Below, piece after piece: positions 9,063-18,035 of a stretch of 42,052 nt of DNA; position 1 is the first letter of the stretch; every line of letters begins with the position of its first letter. A program made the position numbers and the translations under genes. The DNA is from a virus, in the UHGV virus genome UHGV-0149441. The stretch is one strand, 5' to 3'. The notes beneath the pieces were generated by a model. That model saw nothing but the letters and a program-made list of their open reading frames with translations, did no database searches and was not told where the DNA came from.

Positions 9063-9465
9063 CCTTCATCTTCTCCTTCTTACGTTTTTTGCGTACCTTG
9101 ATTAGTTCTTCATACGTTATCCACTCTTGACCTGTGTATTTAGGCGCTTTACATATCCACGTGAGTGGTACTTCTCTGTTTTGATATCTAAATATCTTTG
9201 ATTTTATTTTGGCTTCTGGAGTAGGCATACCTTTTACATCTATCACTTCGATTAGCTTGCCATCTTTCCATAAAGCAAAATCTGCTACATAGTTAATAGA
9301 TCTGAAATTTTCAAATTTAGGTTGTAATTCGTACTTAGGTTGCAACTCTATATGGTCATATCCCTTACCTAAGTTACGTTCTAAATATTGGTAGTAGTCG
9401 CATTCAATTTTGCTATCGAACACAAAACCTTTATATTCAACTTTCTTAGCATTGTATTTACTCAC
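9049..9465 (-). CDS. DUF1064-like phage protein
   Basis: 138 aa; the MSKYNAKKVEYKGFVFDSKIECDYYQYL N-terminus is typical of DUF1064. Confidence 0.45.
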   Translation of the reverse strand: MSKYNAKKVEYKGFVFDSKIECDYYQYLERNLGKGYDHIELQPKYELQPKFENFRSINYVADFALWKDGKLIEVIDVKGMPTPEAKIKSKIFRYQNREVPLTWICKAPKYTGQEWITYEELIKVRKKRKKEKMKDGKD

Positions 9466-9475
9466 GTTGTCACTC

Positions 9476-9700
9476 CTACATATCGAATATCGTTGCTTGT
9501 AACCCTAGTTCTTCTTCGTATAGAAGTTCGTATACACCCTTGAAACGTTTCAACTCACTATCAGTCATCTTTTTACTTTCTTCGCTAAAATGAGCGCCTG
9601 TGAGTGATTTAACGATGTTCAAATTAGTCTCGCGTTTCTCTACTTTTATTTCTTCTGTTCCGTCAGGTCTATAAAGATAATACTTTTCCAAAATTGCCAT
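9476..9700 (-). CDS. Hypothetical small protein
   Basis: 74 aa ORF. Confidence 0.4.
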   Translation of the reverse strand: MAILEKYYLYRPDGTEEIKVEKRETNLNIVKSLTGAHFSEESKKMTDSELKRFKGVYELLYEEELGLQATIFDM

Positions 9701-9861
9701 TAGGACACCTCCGTTATTGCCTGTCTGTTGCCTTTTTCTTCTAACTTGGCATTAATTAACTTGATGAGTGCAGCTTGATTCCCACTGCACCAATCAATCA
9801 TTTTTTGAGCATACACATCGGAACACTCAAGTATTTGCATAACATTCTCTTTCGTTACCAT
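9700..9861 (-). CDS. Small hypothetical protein of 53 aa (MVTKENVMQILECSDVYAQKMIDW...)
   Basis: Manual translation. Its ATG overlaps the DnaC-like stop as ATGGTAA, and its stop overlaps the next ATG as TAATG. Confidence 0.35.
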   Translation of the reverse strand: MVTKENVMQILECSDVYAQKMIDWCSGNQAALIKLINAKLEEKGNRQAITEVS

Positions 9862-10625
9862 GCGTCACGCTCCCTGTAGTCATCGCCTAGTACCTTTACG
9901 GTTCTAGCGTTATGTTTCATTCTTGAATTGATCCGTTGCCAATTCATGTTTTGATTAAGTTCTTTATCACTAAAATTTGTAGTGAAGATGTTATTCTTTC
10001 CAACTCTGTTATCTACAATGCTGAATAGTTTATTTAATGTGTGTTCAGTGTTCTCTACACCTATATCATCAAGTACTAGTAAATCTATGTTACTTAGTAG
10101 TTGTACAAGTTCATCTGTTGTTTCTGCAGCATTCTTGTTATATGTCGCTTTGATGCGCTCCATCAACATTGGAATGTGCATAAAAGCGACTGAATATCCT
10201 TCGTTTTTAATTGCTTTAGCTATGGCATACGCTATATGGCTTTTTCCGGTACCATATGAGCCTTGTAAGATTAAAGACTTAGGTTTATCTACCGAGAATG
10301 TTTTAACGTACTCTATGGCTGTTTTTTTGGCGTATATTTGCTTTTCGTTCTGAGGTTTGTAATTATTTACTGTTGCATCTCTTAGCGAACCGTTTACAGT
10401 AGATTGATTGAAGATATTATTTATATATTTTTGCTTGCGTTTCTTCTCTGCTTCTTTACCAGCTTGTATCATTGAACAGTCACAACCATGTCTAAATTCA
10501 TGCCCGTTACTAAACTTATAATAGTCGTATGTGTTCCCACATTTACTACATTTAAGGTTATGTTGTTCTTCTACGATATTTTTACTAGGTTTGATATTTC
10601 TAGCTAAACTTTCCATTGATTGCAT
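9855..10625 (-). CDS. DnaC/IstB-like helicase loader ATPase with an N-terminal zinc finger
   Basis: 256 aa with Walker A GSYGTGKSH, Walker B LLVLDDIG and an N-terminal CSKCGN. Confidence 0.8.
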   Translation of the reverse strand: MQSMESLARNIKPSKNIVEEQHNLKCSKCGNTYDYYKFSNGHEFRHGCDCSMIQAGKEAEKKRKQKYINNIFNQSTVNGSLRDATVNNYKPQNEKQIYAKKTAIEYVKTFSVDKPKSLILQGSYGTGKSHIAYAIAKAIKNEGYSVAFMHIPMLMERIKATYNKNAAETTDELVQLLSNIDLLVLDDIGVENTEHTLNKLFSIVDNRVGKNNIFTTNFSDKELNQNMNWQRINSRMKHNARTVKVLGDDYRERDAW

Positions 10626-10637
10626 TTATAATCACTC

Positions 10638-11426
10638 CTAGTCCCAATAACTCTCGTCGTACTTCATACGTTCTAACTGATCCATGCCACTAGGTTGTAA
10701 TTCTTGGTTGAGGTAACCCTCAAATTTAGTACCAAATAATGTTTCAGGTCTTAGGTACTTCTCCATGTTTGTGCCTTTCCACTCGGCAACTTTGTTGTCT
10801 ATAACTCTTTTAAAGTCATCTAGTGAAAAGCCCTCATCGGTTCTTGCTCGTATGACTGTTTGATTCTTCTTAGTAGTAGACTTGTAATTCTTACCTGTTT
10901 GTTGGTTAAGGTAGTCAATTACATCTTTGTAAGGATACACAGTCGACGAAGGAGACAATATATTATTGTTAGTAATCTCTGTAGTAGTCTTTGTAGTAAT
11001 CTCTGTTAAAGATTCTTGAGTTTCTTCACTATCCATTCTTGAGTTTCTTAAGTTTCCATTCTGAAGTTTCTTAAGAATCCATTCTGAAACTTCTTTAGTA
11101 TCGACTTTATAATGCAAAGTAGGTGCACCATTAGCTTTTTTTAGAGCTGTATCGACGAAACCAAATGACTTAAGTTTTTTGGTTGCGCGTCTTACTTGAT
11201 ATTCGGTTAAATGCAACTCTTCGTACCATTCGTTGTAAGATTTATAAAAATAACCGTCTTTTCTACTTGTTCTATCTGACCAATAAATCATTTGATTTAA
11301 TAACGCTGCGCTTGGGTAATCCTCAGTGATTCTTATATAGATAGTAGGTATAGGAATAATGTTATTTTGACCACTGAATTGAGTAATAATTGATGAAATA
11401 TAATCTCTATTATTCATTATCAGCAC
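10638..11426 (-). CDS. Replication initiation or replisome organiser protein (DnaD-like C-terminus)
   Basis: 262 aa located upstream of the DnaC-like loader. It has an N-terminal replisome-organiser-like region and a C-terminal DnaD/phage replication domain. Confidence 0.6.
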   Translation of the reverse strand: MLIMNNRDYISSIITQFSGQNNIIPIPTIYIRITEDYPSAALLNQMIYWSDRTSRKDGYFYKSYNEWYEELHLTEYQVRRATKKLKSFGFVDTALKKANGAPTLHYKVDTKEVSEWILKKLQNGNLRNSRMDSEETQESLTEITTKTTTEITNNNILSPSSTVYPYKDVIDYLNQQTGKNYKSTTKKNQTVIRARTDEGFSLDDFKRVIDNKVAEWKGTNMEKYLRPETLFGTKFEGYLNQELQPSGMDQLERMKYDESYWD

Positions 11427-12210
11427 CTTCTTTCAGTGCTTTAATTTTGTCTGGTATCTCCCAGTTAGAAATGAATTCTTTGAGTTCATCTGTCATAGGT
11501 ACATCGTTTAGGATCGCGTCATCACCATATAGATATAAAGCACATTTGTTATATACTAATGCAGATTGTTCTTTACTTTTGCTATACATTATTTGATAAC
11601 GGTTGAGTTTATATGAAATTCTACTTAAATAGTTTAATTTTTTTGAACTGTAAGTAACTCCTTTGTATCCTGTTTTGCCCTTATGTTTTGTTTTTTGACC
11701 GTCAAAAGTGCGATACGTTCTACTAGGGACTCGATTGTCATAACCAATCTTATTTTTATATCCATCACTGTTAAAATATTCATCAACGCCGCGATTGTAA
11801 GCTAAAGCTGCATCATCTTCGTTCGAAAACCTACCTAAAAGCTTAGTCTTACCATCTACATATATTTGAGCCCACCATTTCCGGTCTTTTTTGTTGAAAT
11901 TCACGCCTTTATATTTCGAAACGCTTTGTCCTCTTGCTCTTTGGTATCTATTGGCATATCTTAAGTCCACCAAATTATCTTTAGTAAAATAATTATTTTT
12001 TTCTTTTTGAGTGCTACCTTCAACTAAAAAATTAGCTAATGATGTCGTTTTCTTATCACCTTTTTTTATATGTCTTGTATTACCGGTGTAAAACTTATAC
12101 CAAGTATGTTGATTCACTCTTTCGTAATCTTCATCATCTACGAAAATTTCTTCTCCATCTTGTAAAAATATCGATTTAACCATCTTTCTCACTCCCCGTA
12201 CAATAGCCAT
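11410..12210 (-). CDS. AP2-domain DNA-binding protein with two AP2-like repeats
   Basis: YKGVNFNKKDRKWWAQIYVDGKTKLLGRFSNEDDAALAYNRGV and YKGVTYSSKKLNYLSRISY...ALVYNKCAL resemble AP2/ERF (HNH-associated AP2) domains. Confidence 0.55.
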   Translation of the reverse strand: MAIVRGVRKMVKSIFLQDGEEIFVDDEDYERVNQHTWYKFYTGNTRHIKKGDKKTTSLANFLVEGSTQKEKNNYFTKDNLVDLRYANRYQRARGQSVSKYKGVNFNKKDRKWWAQIYVDGKTKLLGRFSNEDDAALAYNRGVDEYFNSDGYKNKIGYDNRVPSRTYRTFDGQKTKHKGKTGYKGVTYSSKKLNYLSRISYKLNRYQIMYSKSKEQSALVYNKCALYLYGDDAILNDVPMTDELKEFISNWEIPDKIKALKEGADNE

Positions 12211-12419
12211 TCAGGTGTTGTCTTGAAAACGAATGCTATCAATTTTATTTTCTCAAGATTGGGAATTCTTTTGCCTTCTTCCCATTGTTTTATACAGAAA
12301 GGAGAAACATATAAGATTGAAGCGAATTCGTTTATATCAAAATCTCTTTGTAATCTTATTTGCTTGATTCTATGAGCTATTTCTTTCTTGTTTTCTTTAG
12401 TTATTACTCTCGAATTCAT
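12189..12419 (-). CDS. HTH (XRE-family) protein
   Basis: 76 aa with an HTH signature. Confidence 0.5.
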   Translation of the reverse strand: MNSRVITKENKKEIAHRIKQIRLQRDFDINEFASILYVSPFCIKQWEEGKRIPNLEKIKLIAFVFKTTPEWLLYGE

Positions 12420-13083
12420 TTTTAACTCCTTTCAACATAGCGTTTAAACGATCATCAACTTTTATCCAGCTATCTTGTAAGATATATTTTTCGTCAAAAG
12501 ACTTAACGCCTATGTTGTGCTGTTCTTGGTGGTGGAATCTGCATAAAGCCAACACTTCATAATCGTAATGCTGCATCTTCTTACGGTTAGCACCACGACC
12601 TATTGCGTAGTGATGTGCAAGGTCGGCATTTGATTCCCTGCATAGTACACAGTTTCGATTGACCGTTGCCCAATACAACATTGATTTGTCCCCACTTAAT
12701 AACTTACTTGTTTCTACTCTCATTGGTATTTGATGATGGAACATAAAAGCGATAATCAGTTCTATCAATTCTCTTGCCACTCTCATTGAACAGTCACGTA
12801 AACTTATTTCATCGTAACCGTTCATAATTTCGAGTTCTGATTGAAACCTTTTCCTTAGCGATTCCACAGGTTCTCCCCAGTGCAACTCAATATCTCTACA
12901 TAATGCAAAAATCTTTTTACGTTGTTCTATTGATAATTTTTTGTTATCAGGTACTTCAACTTCTGCAATGAGTGAGTAACCATTTTCTAATAAGTCAATA
13001 TGACTTTGTTCTAATTCAACACCAGTCGCAACGACGGAATAAGTACCGTCGTTATCTCGCTGGTATCTTGTAATGTGTTGCAT
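12397..13083 (-). CDS. DUF968 (PVL ORF50-like) protein with an HNH-like Cys/His motif
   Basis: 228 aa; the CVLCRESNADLAHHYAIGRG...LALCRFHHQEQH metal-binding nuclease-like motif. Confidence 0.5.
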   Translation of the reverse strand: MQHITRYQRDNDGTYSVVATGVELEQSHIDLLENGYSLIAEVEVPDNKKLSIEQRKKIFALCRDIELHWGEPVESLRKRFQSELEIMNGYDEISLRDCSMRVARELIELIIAFMFHHQIPMRVETSKLLSGDKSMLYWATVNRNCVLCRESNADLAHHYAIGRGANRKKMQHYDYEVLALCRFHHQEQHNIGVKSFDEKYILQDSWIKVDDRLNAMLKGVKNEFESNN

Positions 13084-13094
13084 TTAATCACTTC

Positions 13095-13649
13095 CTAGAA
13101 AGGTAAGTCATCATTACTAATATCAATCGGTCCATTAGCATTTGCAAACGGGTTATCTTGTTTTGTCATTGGCGTTTGCTGTCCGTTGGCTTGTTGCTCA
13201 CGTTGTTTCATTTCATCAGTTTTAGGTTCGGGTTTATTTACGATTTCGTCACCTTTGTTCCAAACTTTTACAAAAGATAATCTGACGAAATACTTTCCTT
13301 GATCTTCGTTAAACTTATTTTTAAGTACGATTGTTCCCATTTTGTTAATTAATCTGTCTGTATCGAAAGTTAAATCAGGCAAATTAAGTTGAATTCCTAG
13401 TCTACTTAATAATTCGATATATTGTCTTTCTTGGAAGTCTTGTTGGAATGGTGGTACAAATTGATTGTGTTTGTATTGTTTACCTTCGTTATTTTCAAAT
13501 ACGATAGTGAAATATCTTCCTTCTTTGTCATTAAATTCAACATCTTTTACTTTAACTGTGAATTCTCCTGCTCCTAAGAAGTCTCCGCCTTTCATAAATG
13601 CCTCTTGATTAGTTTCTTTAGTGTGTTGCGCTTGTCCTGTAATCTTCAT
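13095..13649 (-). CDS. Putative non-canonical ssDNA-binding protein with a C-terminal DDLPF tail
   Basis: 184 aa. It ends in an acidic SSB-type tail (ISNDDLPF) and lies immediately downstream of Sak4. Confidence 0.45.
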   Translation of the reverse strand: MKITGQAQHTKETNQEAFMKGGDFLGAGEFTVKVKDVEFNDKEGRYFTIVFENNEGKQYKHNQFVPPFQQDFQERQYIELLSRLGIQLNLPDLTFDTDRLINKMGTIVLKNKFNEDQGKYFVRLSFVKVWNKGDEIVNKPEPKTDEMKQREQQANGQQTPMTKQDNPFANANGPIDISNDDLPF

Positions 13650-13677
13650 AATTTTATACCGTCCTTATTAGTTATTT

Positions 13678-14454
13678 TTAATTTCCATTTCTGATTGCTT
13701 GTACTACGTCCGTAATGCTAGGGTTTACAAATTTCTTATTGTTAATTGTTATATTGCTTGCATGTCTTATTTTGGTTTCAAATAAATTAGAGGGTTCAGC
13801 GTTAAGCACATACTCATATGACTTTTGTCCGTTCTCCTCATGCTCTTCAATTGTCATTCTTGCTAAAACATCTGATTGACTTACAACTGCTTTTCTTATT
13901 TGATCTTGTGCCTCAATCGTGATAGTGGGATTAATCGTGCTGCCTTCATCGTCTTTATCTTTGTTGATACCTTCATGACCACTTATCGCTAAATGGAATT
14001 GATATTGTTCTTGTAACTTAGAGACATATCTATACATATGAACAATACGTGTAGCACATTCTCCCCAATCATTAAATGTCGGTTTCTTAGTCTTACCATT
14101 CATGATGTCGTCAATAGTGATATCGCGCAGTTTCTGTATTGTTTCAATCACTACTACATCTATTTGCTTTCCGTTTTCTCTTAGCTTCTCAATTACTTGA
14201 GGCAACATTTTTATTACATAAGCAAAGTGTTTGTAGTTTTTTATTTGTACTACTGCGCCATCTTCTGTAACTGTTGTTCCGTCTTCATTAATGTCGAGCA
14301 CAAGTGCGTTATTGTCTTTAGTTAAAAAAGTTGTTTTACCTGTACCGAATTTTCCGTATATGGCAAATTTGTAAAATTTATTAGCATTTTGCTTGCTGAT
14401 GTCTTTTACTCCAAGTTGAGTTAGGATATCCTGTTCTTGTTTTTCTTCTGCCAT
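13678..14454 (-). CDS. sak4: Sak4-like RecA-family recombination ATPase (AAA_24)
   Basis: 258 aa with Walker A YGKFGTGKTT. Sak4 and SSB are typically adjacent. Confidence 0.75.
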   Translation of the reverse strand: MAEEKQEQDILTQLGVKDISKQNANKFYKFAIYGKFGTGKTTFLTKDNNALVLDINEDGTTVTEDGAVVQIKNYKHFAYVIKMLPQVIEKLRENGKQIDVVVIETIQKLRDITIDDIMNGKTKKPTFNDWGECATRIVHMYRYVSKLQEQYQFHLAISGHEGINKDKDDEGSTINPTITIEAQDQIRKAVVSQSDVLARMTIEEHEENGQKSYEYVLNAEPSNLFETKIRHASNITINNKKFVNPSITDVVQAIRNGN

Positions 14455-14967
14455 TTATCTCACCCTCAAACTTCTATTTTGTTTTAGTTCTACTCCTTTG
14501 AGTTCTAAACCACCTTTAACAGCTTTCAACAACTCTTTTTTATCTAGCTTAGGTTCTTGTTCGACGTAATATTGTTTAGGTATTAAACTTTCATCTGTGA
14601 CATCTAAGCTAGGTGGGTTGTTAGCAATGCTGTACGAATTAAGCGCAGTTTTGAACTTCTCTTTTCCAGTTTGTTCCATGACTTCCTGTAAACTTTCTTT
14701 TAAACGTTTGACACCGTTTTGGTTAGAAGTTTTACGTTGTCTTAATCGTTTTATTTCTTCGTCTATAGCATTGTTATCTGCTTCTAAAGACTTAATGACT
14801 GCTACATATCCATCTGCTTTATCTTCGATAGCGTCATTAATACTTGATAAAGTGTCTTTTAAAATTTGTTCGTCTTCTTGTTCTGCAATAAGGTCGTAAA
14901 CTTGTTGGTAACTATCTTTTAATTCGAATAAATTACTCATCAATAAAACACTCCCCTGCAATGACAT
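14455..14967 (-). CDS. Siphovirus Gp157-family protein
   Basis: 170 aa acidic coiled-coil protein preceding Sak4, the typical Gp157 position. Confidence 0.5.
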   Translation of the reverse strand: MSLQGSVLLMSNLFELKDSYQQVYDLIAEQEDEQILKDTLSSINDAIEDKADGYVAVIKSLEADNNAIDEEIKRLRQRKTSNQNGVKRLKESLQEVMEQTGKEKFKTALNSYSIANNPPSLDVTDESLIPKQYYVEQEPKLDKKELLKAVKGGLELKGVELKQNRSLRVR

Positions 14968-15184
14968 CTTTTGCTAATTCAAAATTTCTTTGTAGTTCTT
15001 CATCTGTATGAGTTTCATAGAAACTTAGAGAACTACATTTATATTCATATTTTTGAGAGTAGTGCCAAATGGAAATGTCAACTTTCCCGTCGATAAAATT
15101 TCTAAATTCTACTTTCACTTCTTCATCACTATGCAAAATTAATTTGTTTAAATCATTGGCTATTTTTAAAAGTTTATGTTTCAT
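14933..15184 (-). CDS. Hypothetical protein
   Basis: 83 aa ORF. Confidence 0.4.
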   Translation of the reverse strand: MKHKLLKIANDLNKLILHSDEEVKVEFRNFIDGKVDISIWHYSQKYEYKCSSLSFYETHTDEELQRNFELAKDVIAGECFIDE

Positions 15185-15245
15185 ATTGACTACCTCCGTA
15201 TATTTTGATTAAATTAAGTTGTATATTTTGATTAGTGTTTGACTG

Positions 15246-15422
15246 TTAGGCGTTGGCGCGTCTTTCAGTCTTTTTTGTTATCTCAAGCCACTTTTCCCAA
15301 AAGAATGTGCTAAAGATTAGCGTTAACATCGCAATTCCTAATACTGTTGTGAAACCACCTCCTAAAAGTAATGTGATGATCATTGCGATAAACATAGTCA
15401 TGTAACTTAGTAAGTACTTCAT
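15246..15422 (-). CDS. Small membrane protein of 58 aa (MKYLLSYMTMFIAMIITLLLGGGFTTVLGIAMLTLIFSTFFW...)
   Basis: Manual translation; RBS AAAGGAGGT lies upstream and the product is largely hydrophobic. Confidence 0.45.
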   Translation of the reverse strand: MKYLLSYMTMFIAMIITLLLGGGFTTVLGIAMLTLIFSTFFWEKWLEITKKTERRANA

Positions 15423-15467
15423 CTTGTAACCTCCTTTTTACGATTTAAATTTTGTTCCATGTTTTCG

Positions 15468-15476
15468 TGCTATAAT
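15468..15476 (+). promoter_or_regulatory. Extended -10 promoter element (TGcTATAAT) for the plus-strand moron
   Basis: A perfect TATAAT preceded by TGn lies about 40 nt upstream of the ATG at 15517. Confidence 0.45.
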
Positions 15477-15516
15477 TCTTTTATCGCTACTGCGATAGAT
15501 TGGGGGTGTAATAAAT

Positions 15517-15795
15517 ATGGGTAAATATTTAATAACTTATGACCTTAATAGTCCAGGTCAAAAATATACTGATGTACTTAAGGTAATTAGAAATGAAATA
15601 TCAAATGGTTATTGTAGTTATTGGAAATCTGCTTACTTAGTAAATTCATCTTTATCAGTTGATGGAATAACTCAAAAAATCCAACCTTATTTAGATGATT
15701 CGGATAGACTATTAGTAATAGAAGTCAAAAATATTTATCAAGGTTGGCACGAAAAAGATGAATGGGATTTAATAAAGCGTATTATGAACGCATAG
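15517..15795 (+). CDS. Hypothetical 92-aa protein on the opposite strand to the early operon (moron). Its predicted beta-alpha-beta-beta-alpha-beta layout resembles Cas2/VapD-type small ferredoxin-fold proteins, but this is weak.
   Basis: It has its own promoter and an RBS (GGGGGTG). N-terminal YLITYDL followed by a helix, then DRLLVIEV, is reminiscent of Cas2 beta1/beta4 strands. Confidence 0.5.
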   Translation: MGKYLITYDLNSPGQKYTDVLKVIRNEISNGYCSYWKSAYLVNSSLSVDGITQKIQPYLDDSDRLLVIEVKNIYQGWHEKDEWDLIKRIMNA

Positions 15796-15929
15796 TCGCT
15801 TTTCCTTTTCTTTTCCATTTGCCATTAATAGAATCGTAATTGTATTTAGTTTCACCCTTAGCATTCCTAACTTCCTCGACCAAAAGTGCAGTTAGGAGTG
15901 CTATTTTAATGAGTTGTAGTTTGTTCATC
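15783..15929 (-). CDS. Small protein of 48 aa with a hydrophobic N-terminus (MNKLQLIKIALLTALLV...). Its 3' end overlaps convergently with 15517-15795.
   Basis: Manual translation; a strong RBS AGAGGAGGT lies upstream. Confidence 0.4.
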
Positions 15930-15941
15930 GGTAAACCTCCT

Positions 15942-16160
15942 CTAAAGTGCCGTTTCTGACACCATTAAATTTTGTTCTATAAAGTCAATTGCCGGTCTAA
16001 TCTTGATGTAGCGTTTATGATTCTTGCCAAATCTGTACATACATTTCTCTTGGAACTCTTTATTGCTATAAACGTGCTTTTCTAAATCATTTTTAGAAAT
16101 GCCACTTACTTTTACGAATTCTTTGGCGTCTGCGAACCCAATGTATTCCATTGCTATCAC
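15942..16160 (-). CDS. Hypothetical small protein
   Basis: 72 aa ORF downstream of the antirepressor. Confidence 0.4.
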   Translation of the reverse strand: MIAMEYIGFADAKEFVKVSGISKNDLEKHVYSNKEFQEKCMYRFGKNHKRYIKIRPAIDFIEQNLMVSETAL

Positions 16161-16163
16161 TCC

Positions 16164-16877
16164 TTATACTTCGTTTTCAAAGTCCATTTCTAGTTGCTTT
16201 ATTTTGTATAATGTCGCTTGTGACGGGAACCAGTTAGCAACCATTGATAAAACATCATCAAAGTGTTTTTGTCTTACATTTGTTCTTGATGTTGCGCCTG
16301 TCATCTTTTTGACTTCTGAATTGATGTCTCGGAATAATTCACTGCGTTGTTTTTGATTTGTTATTGCATGTATCTTTTGAATGTGAGCAACTCGTTGATT
16401 AATCGTTCTAGACAATAAGTTGTAATCTCCTGTGTCTAACTTTTGGTTTTCTTTCAAATCGATAACATCTGCTTTCACTGTCGCAATTTCTTCTTTAGTT
16501 TGTTCCGTCGCTTTAAACATCAACTTGAGTGCTTGCATTGGATCGCTTGGCACTTGGTAAGTTCCAGTCTTTCTTAAAGTCGGTAAAACTTCTGATGTCA
16601 CCCAACGTTTGAAACGTTTAGCTGATTCTAATTTTGATGAGAAGATTAAACTATATAATCCTGATTCATTTATTAGCGTTACATTTTGCATTCCTCCAGG
16701 TGTCTGTATTTTACCGACCCCTTTATCTTCAGCATCAACATGTTCTCTGATTGCGTCTGCCGTTCTTTTGTAACCTAAAATGTCTGCAACATCTTTCCCT
16801 ACAAAACATGGTTCCTCGTTTACTGTTAATGTTCTTACTGGTAATTCTTCGAAATTAAATACTTGTAAATCTCGCAT
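16164..16877 (-). CDS. Phage antirepressor (Bro-N / KilA-C type)
   Basis: 237 aa with an N-terminal Bro-N-like domain (FNFEELPVRTLTVNEEPCFVGKDVADILGY). Confidence 0.7.
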   Translation of the reverse strand: MRDLQVFNFEELPVRTLTVNEEPCFVGKDVADILGYKRTADAIREHVDAEDKGVGKIQTPGGMQNVTLINESGLYSLIFSSKLESAKRFKRWVTSEVLPTLRKTGTYQVPSDPMQALKLMFKATEQTKEEIATVKADVIDLKENQKLDTGDYNLLSRTINQRVAHIQKIHAITNQKQRSELFRDINSEVKKMTGATSRTNVRQKHFDDVLSMVANWFPSQATLYKIKQLEMDFENEV

Positions 16878-16892
16878 TTGATTTCCTCCTTA

Positions 16893-17153
16893 TTAAATTG
16901 TTTGGTGTTGTTTTTCTTCGACTAAAACGTATTTAAAATACGATTCATCTTTTAAAAAAATAATCTCGTCGATAGAGACTTCTAAAACTTTTGCAATTTT
17001 AAATGCGTCTTTAGGTTTGATGATTTCTGGATTATTCTCCCAAATGTTATAAGTTGATGGAGAAATTCCTAATTTATAAGCGAAAGATGATTGAGTATAA
17101 CCTTTTCTTTTTCGCCATTCATCTAACTTCAAGTTTTGTTTTATGTGATTCAT
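16893..17153 (-). CDS. cro: Cro-like HTH regulator (XRE family)
   Basis: 86 aa with an HTH (YTQSSFAYKLGISPSTYNIWE), divergent from cI. RBS AAGGAGGT. Confidence 0.7.
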   Translation of the reverse strand: MNHIKQNLKLDEWRKRKGYTQSSFAYKLGISPSTYNIWENNPEIIKPKDAFKIAKVLEVSIDEIIFLKDESYFKYVLVEEKQHQTI

Positions 17154-17345
17154 TTTTTTACCTCCTTGTTAAGCTCTGATTAGAGTATATCGAATTATAA
17201 ATACGATTGCAAGTATTTTTCGTAATTTATTTTAAAAAATGCGTAACTTTAATTTAATAAATCGTATTTTAGATGTTGCAATTACGATTTTTCATAGTAT
17301 AATAATAAGTGTCAAAACATCATATATATAAGGAAGGTAATTAAA
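17154..17345. promoter_or_regulatory. cI-cro divergent promoter and operator region
   Basis: Repeated TACGA/TCGTA half-sites and TTGCAA motifs at about 17199-17224 and 17260-17290. A cI-side promoter reads TTGCAA (17276-17281), 16 nt, then TATAAT (17298-17303). Confidence 0.5.
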
Positions 17346-17984
17346 ATGGCTTTCAAACATTCCATCAAAGAAATTAGACTGAACAATAGATTATCAAAAG
17401 TTGAAATGGCAAAAAAATTAGATGTTTCCGAAGGTACTATTAGAATGTGGGAAAACGGCAAAAACGAACCTAGAATGGGTATGATTGAGAAAATTTCTAG
17501 TTTGTTTCATGTTTCAAAAGGATATCTATTAGGAGAAATCGAAGAAGCTACAATCCCAGAAATCGATAACGAAATTGATATTCCTTATTATGGTAAAGTT
17601 TCTGCTGGTAACTTTGAAGAAATGACGGTTGATAATAAGACTCTCAAAGCGCCATCTTTTGTTTTCAGTGGTCGCAAACCTAGCGAATGTATAGCTTTAC
17701 AAGTTAACGGCGATAGCATGAATAAAATACTTGCTAATGGTTCGTATATAATCGTACATGACTATAGAATTAATCAAGATTATAAATTAAACAGTAATGA
17801 TATTTTAGTTTTACGATTAGGTGGAGAATATACAGTAAAACGTGTAAGACTTACGGAAACCAAATTACATTTAGAACCAGTTAGCTATTTTGATGAATTC
17901 AAAACAAATACATATGACATTGAAAATACTAACGAAATAGAAGTTATCGGTAAAGTTATATATAACTATCAAAAGTTCGATTAA
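17346..17984 (+). CDS. cI: CI-like repressor: an N-terminal HTH and a C-terminal S24 (LexA-like) autopeptidase
   Basis: 212 aa with an HTH (VSEGTIRMWENGK) and an S24 Ser/Lys dyad context (GDSM ... K). Confidence 0.8.
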   Translation: MAFKHSIKEIRLNNRLSKVEMAKKLDVSEGTIRMWENGKNEPRMGMIEKISSLFHVSKGYLLGEIEEATIPEIDNEIDIPYYGKVSAGNFEEMTVDNKTLKAPSFVFSGRKPSECIALQVNGDSMNKILANGSYIIVHDYRINQDYKLNSNDILVLRLGGEYTVKRVRLTETKLHLEPVSYFDEFKTNTYDIENTNEIEVIGKVIYNYQKFD

Positions 17985-18035
17985 TAGCGTCCTAGTGGCG
18001 CTTTAATATAAATTAATTTAAAGGAGAAATGTAGA

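Noticed and set aside
15517-15795. Calling the 92-aa moron a bona fide Cas2
   Set aside because: Only the predicted beta-alpha-beta-beta-alpha-beta layout is suggestive. There are no adjacent cas genes or CRISPR array and no catalytic Asp in a conserved beta1 context that I can verify, so it is kept as a hypothesis only.
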